IMG/VR virus record: IMGVR_UViG_3300044621_000416
Location: 1-32,787 of that record
Strand: one strand, 5' to 3'
Origin: a virus
Taxonomy: Duplodnaviria; Caudoviricetes
Length of the DNA stretch: 32,787 bases
Every line of letters begins with the position of its first letter. Within the stretch, counting starts at the first letter, position 1. Positions 25,975 through 32,787 of this stretch are shown here, piece by piece. Position numbers and translations under genes: made by a program. Under the pieces are notes generated by a model, which saw nothing but the letters and a program-made list of their open reading frames with translations, was not told the origin of the DNA and made no database searches.

Positions 25975-27487
25975 GATGGCAAGCTACTCCGACTTCTCCG
26001 CTATAGCGATTTTTAAGTACTCGCACAGTCGTTGAAGATGATCCTCGATCCGCCTGCTGGTTCCGTTCAAGCGCAATAACTCCATCTGACAATTGAGCAA
26101 TTGCTGCCGAACCTCGAAGTTGTCCGAGAGTGACTCGTGCGCCTTCTTCATGGTTTTGATCTGAATTGGTACGCCGCAAATGCGACACAAGGAACATGGC
26201 TACACCAGTTCGCTCAACCAGAGACCTAAGGTTGGTCATTGTCTGGTCAATCATTTTCCGCTCGTCACCATCAAGACCACTCAACAGAATGGATAGGTGA
26301 TCGACGAAGATTACTTTTGCGTCAAGGCCACAGGCCAGGTATTCGATTCGGTTGTAAATTAGGTTAGGATCGAAAGAACCAAAACCATCAAACAAAAACA
26401 AGTTCCACTTAGCAAGAGTGTCGCTATAGACTCGTTCAAGTTTGGATCTCTCATGTTCTCCAATGTGAAGGGCTTGCCCGGAGGCAACAGACATCAGTCC
26501 AAGAGCTGTTCTGCGATTTGACTCTTCAAGAGCCAGGTATCCAACTCGTTCACCGGTACCGAGAAGGTGAGTTGCCAACTCTCTACAGAAGCTGGATTTA
26601 CCAATGCCAGATCCTGCAGTAATAGTAACAAGCTCTCCGTATCGGATCCCGTGAAGTTTATTTTGCAGTCCCACGAAGGGGTACTCATGATTGCAGGGAG
26701 GGCTAGGAGTGGTGACGAGATCTAGAAGGTTTTTGCCATCAACGATCCCATCTGGACGGAAAGGTTTCGCATCCCAAATAGCGCGACAAATCGCCTCAGG
26801 GTCATTGGCAGAGAGGGCGTCTGACGCATCTTTGTAATTACCCTGGATCGATGCAATCTTGCACTTGCCAGGTGGCAATACGCTTGCTGCATCCTTCGCC
26901 GCTTGACGGCCTGCCTCGTCATTGTCGAAGAACAGGACAATCTCCGCATAACCCTGAAGCCATGGGAGAGACCGTTGAATCGACTTCTTGGCCGAACCGG
27001 AACCGCTAGGTATTGAAACCATCGGCCACCCCGACATAGCTTCGTAACATGAAGCCGCATCGAGTTCGCCTTCTGTAATGACGACTCGTTTTCCAGTGGC
27101 TGGAAATAGGTGTTGTCCAAAGAGGGCATTGGCTTGCTGACCTTCGTAAAAGAAGTCTTTGGTCTTGGTTCTGGTTTTGACACCACGCAGGATGCCTGAC
27201 TCATCGAAGTAATGAAACCTTAGGCATTCACCATCTCGATAAATCTTGTACTTCTCACAAACTTTTTCACTGATATTTCGCTTGTTGAGTCGTTGGGCAG
27301 AGCCTTGGAGTTGCACAGCTTTGACAGTGAAGGTGGTTTGTTCAGTGGAACCGTCTCCAGAGACGTAATTGTGACACTTGTGACAAAAGGTGTGGCCATC
27401 GGTGTACAGCGCATTGGCATCCGATGAGCCACAGTTATTGCACGGCAAGTGCCTGACAAACTCGCTCTCTGATTTCTCGGTATGCAT
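25898..27487 (-). CDS. DNA primase/helicase (gp4-like)
   Basis: Cys4 zinc ribbon CNNC...CHKC, TOPRIM ITEGELDA and FDNDEAG, Walker A AGSGIGKS, DHLS, LRGS, KNRY.G motifs. Confidence 0.96.
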   Translation of the reverse strand: MHTEKSESEFVRHLPCNNCGSSDANALYTDGHTFCHKCHNYVSGDGSTEQTTFTVKAVQLQGSAQRLNKRNISEKVCEKYKIYRDGECLRFHYFDESGILRGVKTRTKTKDFFYEGQQANALFGQHLFPATGKRVVITEGELDAASCYEAMSGWPMVSIPSGSGSAKKSIQRSLPWLQGYAEIVLFFDNDEAGRQAAKDAASVLPPGKCKIASIQGNYKDASDALSANDPEAICRAIWDAKPFRPDGIVDGKNLLDLVTTPSPPCNHEYPFVGLQNKLHGIRYGELVTITAGSGIGKSSFCRELATHLLGTGERVGYLALEESNRRTALGLMSVASGQALHIGEHERSKLERVYSDTLAKWNLFLFDGFGSFDPNLIYNRIEYLACGLDAKVIFVDHLSILLSGLDGDERKMIDQTMTNLRSLVERTGVAMFLVSHLRRTNSDQNHEEGARVTLGQLRGSAAIAQLSDGVIALERNQQADRGSSSTTVRVLKNRYSGEVGVACHLDYDLSTCKFYETEAADDFDPTTDF

Positions 27488-27647
27488 CAGCTTGGTTGTC
27501 GTGGTACTTCAGCCAATCATCGATTGACATTAAGAAGCCAGCGATGATGTTGGCTGCATACTTGTCGTTTTCAGAGTCGACATCAGCCAGGATGTCACTG
27601 AATTGCTCTGCATAAAATTCTGCAGAACCATATTCAAGAGTGCTCAT
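27435..27647 (-). CDS. Hypothetical protein (70 aa)
   Basis: ATGA-coupled to the upstream ORF; YGS.EFY...F.D pattern. Confidence 0.65.
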   Translation of the reverse strand: MSTLEYGSAEFYAEQFSDILADVDSENDKYAANIIAGFLMSIDDWLKYHDNQADAYREIRERVCQALAVQ

Positions 27648-27787
27648 TTGTGAAGTTGGTGGATAAGAGCTTCATAGTCATCCAACGCATCCTCAAAGCC
27701 CTCGATAACATCCTGGGGAGAGGAGTGTTTATCGAGAGCCATAATGAGGTTGAACGCCAGATCTTTGATGACGGCTAGGTCAACCAT
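27644..27787 (-). CDS. Small acidic hypothetical protein (47 aa)
   Basis: Below cut-off; MVDLAVIKDLAFNLIMALDKHSSPQDVIEGFEDALDDYEALIHQLHK fills the gap with overlaps at both ends. Confidence 0.65.
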   Translation of the reverse strand: MVDLAVIKDLAFNLIMALDKHSSPQDVIEGFEDALDDYEALIHQLHK

Positions 27788-28122
27788 TCGATTGGGATGG
27801 AGTGATAGGCACACCACTTGAAGTTGTTTTTCTCACACCAAGCGGCATACGTGGTTTTAGATCGTTTTTCGATCTTGTTATAAGGGGCTTGAAATACGAA
27901 CCTAATATCCAGATCTGGGTTGGCCTTTTTTACGGCAACCATCTTCCTGCGGTCTTCAGGGGTAAGATGACCCTTGGTCTCCAAATAGACACCGTTGGGA
28001 AGCAAGAAATCTGGAGTGTAATTACATTGGAGTATGTATGGGACTTTTGTTGATTCGTACTCAAAGGAAACACCCAACTCATTGAGGAGTTGAGCGACTT
28101 TCTCTTCAAGTTTGGATCGCAT
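27775..28122 (-). CDS. Endonuclease I / Holliday junction resolvase (gp3-like)
   Basis: RSKLEE, YTPDF, ETKG, DIRFVFQ, TY..WC motifs. Confidence 0.93.
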   Translation of the reverse strand: MRSKLEEKVAQLLNELGVSFEYESTKVPYILQCNYTPDFLLPNGVYLETKGHLTPEDRRKMVAVKKANPDLDIRFVFQAPYNKIEKRSKTTYAAWCEKNNFKWCAYHSIPIEWLT

Positions 28123-28682
28123 TAAAACTCGTCGTCGTCGTCAACGGGAGTCGTAACGGAAACATTAGGTTCGCCAACCTTGAAACCTTTGGTTTGACCA
28201 AACAAGGCAGCAGCTTCCGTATCGTCGTAGTCGCCTCGATCCACAGCAGCACCACCAGCACAGCTGATGACTTGCACAGCCTTGAGCACCAGGCGGGTGC
28301 CGACGCTGTCAGGGGTGGTGTAGGGCTTCTGCACAAAAGCAAGCTTCACCATGCTGCCGCTGTAGAGCGGGATCTCCTCTTTGATCGGAGTACCCTCTGA
28401 ATCAACAATGGGGACAACCACATCAGGTTTCCAGCTAAAGCGGACCTGATACTGACCGTCACTCACACTTTCCCAGGGCTCAACCTTGACGGTTGCACGG
28501 TTGGGATTTTTATGTTTGGACTTTGCCCACTTGAGAAGCTCTTCACGATCTTGCTCAAGACGATCAACGATCTTTTCAGGGACAATAGCCTGCAGACCAC
28601 GCTTACCAAACTTGCTTTCCTTGAAGAAGTTTTGATACCCCTCAAGAACAACAGGTTCAGTGACAATTGTGGGATTGGACAT
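28122..28682 (-). CDS. Single-stranded DNA-binding protein (gp2.5-like)
   Basis: LYSGS.VKL, L.AVQVI motifs and acidic tail ending in Phe (DDDDEF). Confidence 0.85.
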   Translation of the reverse strand: MSNPTIVTEPVVLEGYQNFFKESKFGKRGLQAIVPEKIVDRLEQDREELLKWAKSKHKNPNRATVKVEPWESVSDGQYQVRFSWKPDVVVPIVDSEGTPIKEEIPLYSGSMVKLAFVQKPYTTPDSVGTRLVLKAVQVISCAGGAAVDRGDYDDTEAAALFGQTKGFKVGEPNVSVTTPVDDDDEF

Positions 28683-31021
28683 TAACAGAAGAAATAGGTG
28701 GAATTAATCACGGCCTCTGGCTCCAGATCTCCAATGATTGGAGGTTCTGTTTCCGCACCGATCTGAGCTGCAAAGTCACGCAGGTAATCGTGCTCTGCAA
28801 AGATATGCATGTAGGTTTCACGAACCACTGTCGACAGTTGCGACATGTCCGTGGCACGACACAACACAGAGTCGTGGATCACACTGAATGGTGCATCAAA
28901 CCTGATGAAAGACAAATGTAAGATGGATGCATCCAGTGAATGAATGAGGTTGGGAGCTGTTGCTGCTTTGTGCCTGTTGATGTCCACCTCATTGGTGTCA
29001 CCATCAGCAACAAGCAGGTCACAGGATCCAAGCAGCTGAAGCTGGATACGAACCTTGTTGGGTTTCATCAACTTTTGATTGACGACAAACCCACTGGGTG
29101 TTGTCCAGGTCAGCTTGGTTTTGCCTGCCTTGATGGCAGCAGAGACCTCATCTTCAATCCAACGCATCACCTTCATGGGACCAGGAACCACACGTTCCAT
29201 CGCCTCACGAACAGCTCTGACTGTCTGCGTGAGATCGTCTTTCTCGATCTCGACATCTTTATCCTTCAATGCTTCACGGATGTACCCACGGTTGGAGTAC
29301 GGTTTGGCGTTGTAAGGGACAGTCATCACCACCCGCTTGACGGTTTTGCGATCCATATAGGGCTGGATCGATTCAGGGCAGTGGGGCTTGGCTTCTTCAG
29401 CAACGACCTTGTAGGCGTCCTGAGGGCAATCACTAGGGAGGACGTTGACCAGACGTGCAGTGCTGGCATCCCTCGCCAACCCCGCCAAGATCTGAAGACC
29501 TGAGCAGGTGGCATCGGTGGCGATGCAGAGCCCTGTGAAAGAGCGGGTGCAGGCCAGCAAGCAGGCATGCATCTCCTCACAGGCAGCAAGGAATTGCCAA
29601 GGCTCTTCCGCCGCTTCCCAGTCGCCAATGTTTGCTAGTGGATCGGTTGCGACCCTAGAGATCAGGGCATGGTTGTTGTCCGCCCAATCCAGGCGATCCT
29701 GGAGGGTGCTTTTGTCGAGCCCATAGGTGGTGGCGACTTGAAACTTCAACCAGTCCTCTGACTCGGGGGTCAAGAAGGCCTCCTCTGCAAAGCGCAGCAG
29801 GCTCTTGCCAAAGTCCGTGTCCTGGGGCGTGAGGAAAGCGGGAATGGGGTAAGCCCTTCCCCGGTAGTCCGTGCTCCATGGCAGAAAGAAGCGGTCCTTG
29901 GTGGCAAACAAGCCCGCCACTTCCATGGTCATGCGGGTGCGGCAGCTCTTGCGAAAGACCTGCGCTTGTTGGTTCATGGCCTCAGCTGTACGACGCCTGT
30001 AGTCCTTGCGACTGTTGTAGTTCTCAGCGATGTCTGAGGGTTTCGGAGGCTTGGGCACCTCGTAGATGGGAATGAATTTCCCCACCTGGATGCCTCGCTC
30101 CATCAGCTGGAGGGCCACGCCATAGGTGAAGGGGTTGACCTTGTAGGCCACCTTCTGCAGGTGGTTGAGGAATGCATAGATTCCCTCCCCCTGTACACAT
30201 CCCTGATCACCCCTGCGGACCATTTGGTGGCCGCGCATCACCTCGTTGAGCAGGTAGCCCCCTGGCTTGGCAGGCGACCAATCGTTGGGCTCGATCAGCA
30301 TGGGCCAGGCCAACGGGGCAAAGCCTTCCGCATCCCCCATGATCTGGTCCTTGACGGCGTAGAACTCCGGGGTGGGAACGATGCAGTTCTGGCGCTTGCC
30401 ATGGTGCATCTCCACCACCTTGGTGAACCAGCCCGACACCTGACACAGGCAGTCCAGCAACCAGCCGCCTAGCTTGGTGCGAACGGTGCGAGACCAGTGC
30501 TGCCACTCTTTTTCATAGCGGTTCATCAACGTCTTGGTGGTGGCTAAGCGTTGACGGGTGCCTGAGGATTGATGCCAGTAGTTCTCTTTGATTCTTTGTA
30601 AAAGGTTGGGATCCGTCTTTTCATACCAGCGCATCTGACACTCTTGTTCGATAGCAGCACCGATACAAGAGATGACCTCCGTAACAAGATTGGAGTTAGC
30701 TTTGTGGCTAAAGATCTTATCGAAGGCAATCTTTAAGGCGATGGCTGCCATGGAATAGGTGTCTAATTCCAGCAGGTAAGCATTGATCTCCGCGAACAAA
30801 AGACCGTTGTCGCCCTTCTGAATGCGAGCAAATGCCGTCTCATCGATATAACTTACTAGCTTGGGAAGCATCGCCTGGATGCAAGTCACCCCGTAAATCG
30901 AGGCGCTGGCATAACTCTTTTGTTCTAGTTCAAATGTATTGGACCAGAGCCGTTGGGTGCCCTGGCGGATGGCGCGACGCTCCAATTCGACCTGTTGCTC
31001 GATCTGAGCGGGGGTTGCCAT
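28682..31021 (-). CDS. Single-subunit DNA-directed RNA polymerase (gp1-like)
   Basis: DYRGRAY, DATCSGLQ, RKTVKRVVMTVPY, APNLIHSLDA, IHDS motifs; 779 aa. Confidence 0.97.
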   Translation of the reverse strand: MATPAQIEQQVELERRAIRQGTQRLWSNTFELEQKSYASASIYGVTCIQAMLPKLVSYIDETAFARIQKGDNGLLFAEINAYLLELDTYSMAAIALKIAFDKIFSHKANSNLVTEVISCIGAAIEQECQMRWYEKTDPNLLQRIKENYWHQSSGTRQRLATTKTLMNRYEKEWQHWSRTVRTKLGGWLLDCLCQVSGWFTKVVEMHHGKRQNCIVPTPEFYAVKDQIMGDAEGFAPLAWPMLIEPNDWSPAKPGGYLLNEVMRGHQMVRRGDQGCVQGEGIYAFLNHLQKVAYKVNPFTYGVALQLMERGIQVGKFIPIYEVPKPPKPSDIAENYNSRKDYRRRTAEAMNQQAQVFRKSCRTRMTMEVAGLFATKDRFFLPWSTDYRGRAYPIPAFLTPQDTDFGKSLLRFAEEAFLTPESEDWLKFQVATTYGLDKSTLQDRLDWADNNHALISRVATDPLANIGDWEAAEEPWQFLAACEEMHACLLACTRSFTGLCIATDATCSGLQILAGLARDASTARLVNVLPSDCPQDAYKVVAEEAKPHCPESIQPYMDRKTVKRVVMTVPYNAKPYSNRGYIREALKDKDVEIEKDDLTQTVRAVREAMERVVPGPMKVMRWIEDEVSAAIKAGKTKLTWTTPSGFVVNQKLMKPNKVRIQLQLLGSCDLLVADGDTNEVDINRHKAATAPNLIHSLDASILHLSFIRFDAPFSVIHDSVLCRATDMSQLSTVVRETYMHIFAEHDYLRDFAAQIGAETEPPIIGDLEPEAVINSTYFFC

Positions 31022-31084
31022 AGGCGGTGAGATAGCGAGTTAGAACCGTGATTTAGACCTGTTCTTTAGTGGATACCAGACCAC

Positions 31085-31113
31085 AAAAGAAAAGCCAGGC
31101 CTTGCGACCTGGC
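31085..31113 (-). terminator. Intrinsic terminator between attP and the RNA polymerase gene
   Basis: Minus strand GCCAGGTC-GCAA-GGCCTGGC then TTTTCTTTT (8-bp stem, GNRA loop). Confidence 0.82.
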
Positions 31114-31144
31114 GTGTTCACTAGCGGATTTCAGTCGCCCGTGA

Positions 31145-31183
31145 ACCTGAAACTAGCGCGTCTACCAATTCCGCCACATCCGC
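31145..31183 (-). mobile_element. Putative attP core: 39-bp 5' half of a tRNA-Leu(CAG)
   Basis: GCGGATGTGGCGGAATTGGTAGACGCGCTAGTTTCAGGT = acceptor 5' strand, D-arm, anticodon 5' stem and 7-nt loop TTCAGGT; the 3' stem strand, T-arm and CCA are absent; 84 bp downstream of the integrase. Confidence 0.85.
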
Positions 31184-31267
31184 GTGGGGATTCCAGCGAT
31201 GAGACTCATTGCGAATCTCGCCGCTTGGGTGGTGGAAGCCTATCAGATGGCCCCCTGGTAGTCGCGT

Positions 31268-32128
31268 TTAGATGGCCAAAATGGCCTCCTCCCGCGCCTG
31301 GTCCGACACTTTGGCATACCGCAGTGTCGTCTCCACACGCTTGTGACCCAATAGGTCCATGATCGTGCGAACCGGCACCCCCGCGTCGTTGCACCACGTC
31401 GCAAAGCTGTGACGCAATGTGTGGAAGCAGTAGGTCTCATCCTTGCGGATGTAGTTGCGGGCCTTGTTGTACGCACGCAGCAGCTGGTCGCCGCCCGTCC
31501 ACTCATCGCCAAACAGCTTGACGCTGGGGGTGGCGTATTGCAGCCGATCCGAGACCAATCCCCGGATGCGCTCGTGGATCGGGATAACCCGATAGTTCCG
31601 CGCCTTGGTGGTGAAACCAGGGCGCCCGCCCACGTGGATCTGCCAGGTGGCAAGGTCGATGTCCATCGCCTGCACCGTCAGCAGCTCCGCCCTCCGCATG
31701 CCCGTGTAGGCCGCAGCCACAATGATGTGGGCGAGATCTTGTCGATCAAAGGGGTCCAACGCTGCTTGATGCAGCTGCTCCACCTCGTCTTTGGTGTACC
31801 AGCGGAAGCGGTGTTCGTTCTCTTTGCGCCGCCGAAACTTCGGGGCACCGGAGATCAAACCATCAAAGGCCAGGTGATTGAGCACTGTCGATACAGCACT
31901 GACAATCCTGTTGATAGTGGCATCGGATTTGCCCTCATCTTCCAGTTCAATGCACACCTGTGTGACCACCGGTTGACTGATCTTGGAGATGGGGAAACTA
32001 CGGCCACGCAAGCGTGTAAAATGCCCTGAGTTGATCAAGGCTGTCTTGCGTCCATTGCCATGCCTCCACGTATCACGCGTGGCGAACGTGTAGTCGAGTG
32101 CTTGGCCCCAAGTGGTGAGTTTATCCAT
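31268..32128 (-). CDS. int: Tyrosine integrase
   Basis: Catalytic set intact: TGMR, TK, HTLRH, LGH, RY. Confidence 0.95.
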   Translation of the reverse strand: MDKLTTWGQALDYTFATRDTWRHGNGRKTALINSGHFTRLRGRSFPISKISQPVVTQVCIELEDEGKSDATINRIVSAVSTVLNHLAFDGLISGAPKFRRRKENEHRFRWYTKDEVEQLHQAALDPFDRQDLAHIIVAAAYTGMRRAELLTVQAMDIDLATWQIHVGGRPGFTTKARNYRVIPIHERIRGLVSDRLQYATPSVKLFGDEWTGGDQLLRAYNKARNYIRKDETYCFHTLRHSFATWCNDAGVPVRTIMDLLGHKRVETTLRYAKVSDQAREEAILAI

Positions 32129-32474
32129 AGAGGATGTCTTTCATCTGTTGGGCTAACAGTTCACCCTCACGAGTCAGGGTGAGAATTTTACGTCGGGTGT
32201 TGGTTGGATCGTCCTCCTTTTTGATGAGGTTGAAGCCAGCTTTGCCAAGGCGGTGTGTCTTGGAAAGCCAGTCAGTTGTCCTGGAACCTGATGCTGTGGA
32301 AAGACCAAGGTCTTCCTCAAGTGCTTGCTTATGGCAGCCGTTGTGGCTAGCAACGTATGCAAAAGCAGCAACAACTTGACCGGGAACTTCTCGATCCATG
32401 ACCCTGAGTAAGTTCATGGCTTTAAGGAACCGACGCATGTCGTCGTCGGTGCACCTTCTCTTGAGTGGATCCAT
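32121..32474 (-). CDS. MarR-like winged-helix transcriptional regulator
   Basis: HTH (LEEDLGLSTASGSR) and wing D....RR..L.LT..G; overlaps int start; ATG at 32474 preferred over 32528. Confidence 0.8.
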   Translation of the reverse strand: MDPLKRRCTDDDMRRFLKAMNLLRVMDREVPGQVVAAFAYVASHNGCHKQALEEDLGLSTASGSRTTDWLSKTHRLGKAGFNLIKKEDDPTNTRRKILTLTREGELLAQQMKDILYG

Positions 32475-32613
32475 GGTGACGCCTTGTGGGGCGAGTGAGT
32501 TCCATCTCAAGTATACCAAAGCGGACATGCCACGAGACGCTGGTAGCCCAAGCGTCGTAACGGCAAATCCGCTGTAAACCGAAATAAACCGGGCCGAACG
32601 AAAATAGCTGCAC
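32422..32613 (-). CDS. Hypothetical early protein (63 aa, GTG start)
   Basis: Fills the gap between neighbours in the same orientation; no recognised motif. Confidence 0.45.
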   Translation of the reverse strand: MQLFSFGPVYFGLQRICRYDAWATSVSWHVRFGILEMELTRPTRRHHGSTQEKVHRRRHASVP

Positions 32614-32625
32614 GGAAGTTGTAGT

Positions 32626-32766
32626 TCAGATGTACTGTCGGTCTACAACGTACACGTCGTCTTTGCGTTGCTCCTGTAGCAGCTGCACCAGTTCGTCGTA
32701 AAACTTATGGTATGCAGGAATTGCATCACGAAGCTGTTTGTACAGGGACCGCTTGGCGTTAGTCAT
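32626..32766 (-). CDS. Small hypothetical early protein (46 aa)
   Basis: Below cut-off; MTNAKRSLYKQLRDAIPAYHKFYDELVQLLQEQRKDDVYVVDRQYI. Confidence 0.55.
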   Translation of the reverse strand: MTNAKRSLYKQLRDAIPAYHKFYDELVQLLQEQRKDDVYVVDRQYI

Positions 32767-32787
32767 GTTCAGAGGCGAGGTGGTGGA

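Noticed and set aside
31067-31129. TAG(T/C)GGAT repeats near attP as integrase arm sites
   Set aside because: Only two imperfect 8-mers; the same word also occurs in coding DNA.
31100-31183. Complete phage tRNA-Leu gene
   Set aside because: No 3' anticodon stem strand, T-arm or CCA. A downstream ATCCGC could pair with the 5' end but no cloverleaf forms; better read as attP.
1-32787. CRISPR array, DGR reverse transcriptase, introns/inteins, psbA/hli, terminase
   Set aside because: No repeat-spacer array or corresponding motifs seen; terminase and genome ends presumably lie outside the window.

Overview
About 33 kb of a T7-like cyanobacterial podovirus genome (Autographiviridae; architecture like the Synechococcus/Prochlorococcus podoviruses S-CBP/P-SSP7/S-TIP37). 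All credible genes are on the minus strand. Read right to left: small early ORFs, MarR-like regulator, tyrosine integrase, attP-like 5' half of a tRNA-Leu(CAG), terminator, single-subunit RNA polymerase, SSB, endonuclease I, primase-helicase, a family-A DNA polymerase split into two overlapping ORFs, an endonuclease-VII-type nuclease, 5'-3' exonuclease, an overprinted NblA-like gene, DUF3310, MazG-like protein, minimal two-subunit ribonucleotide reductase, portal, scaffold, an accessory island (RlpA-like enzyme, tiny basic proteins), a structured 258-nt capsid leader, major capsid, two small virion proteins, terminator, tail tube A/B, four internal virion proteins and two tail fibre genes (the last runs off the left edge). 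The most notable points are the overlapped nblA-like gene, the int-attP-terminator-RNAP layout, the multi-hairpin capsid leader with repeats, and the split DNA polymerase. Most have precedent in related cyanophages; the capsid leader and micro-ORFs are the least explained. All calls come from reading motifs by eye; no searches were run.
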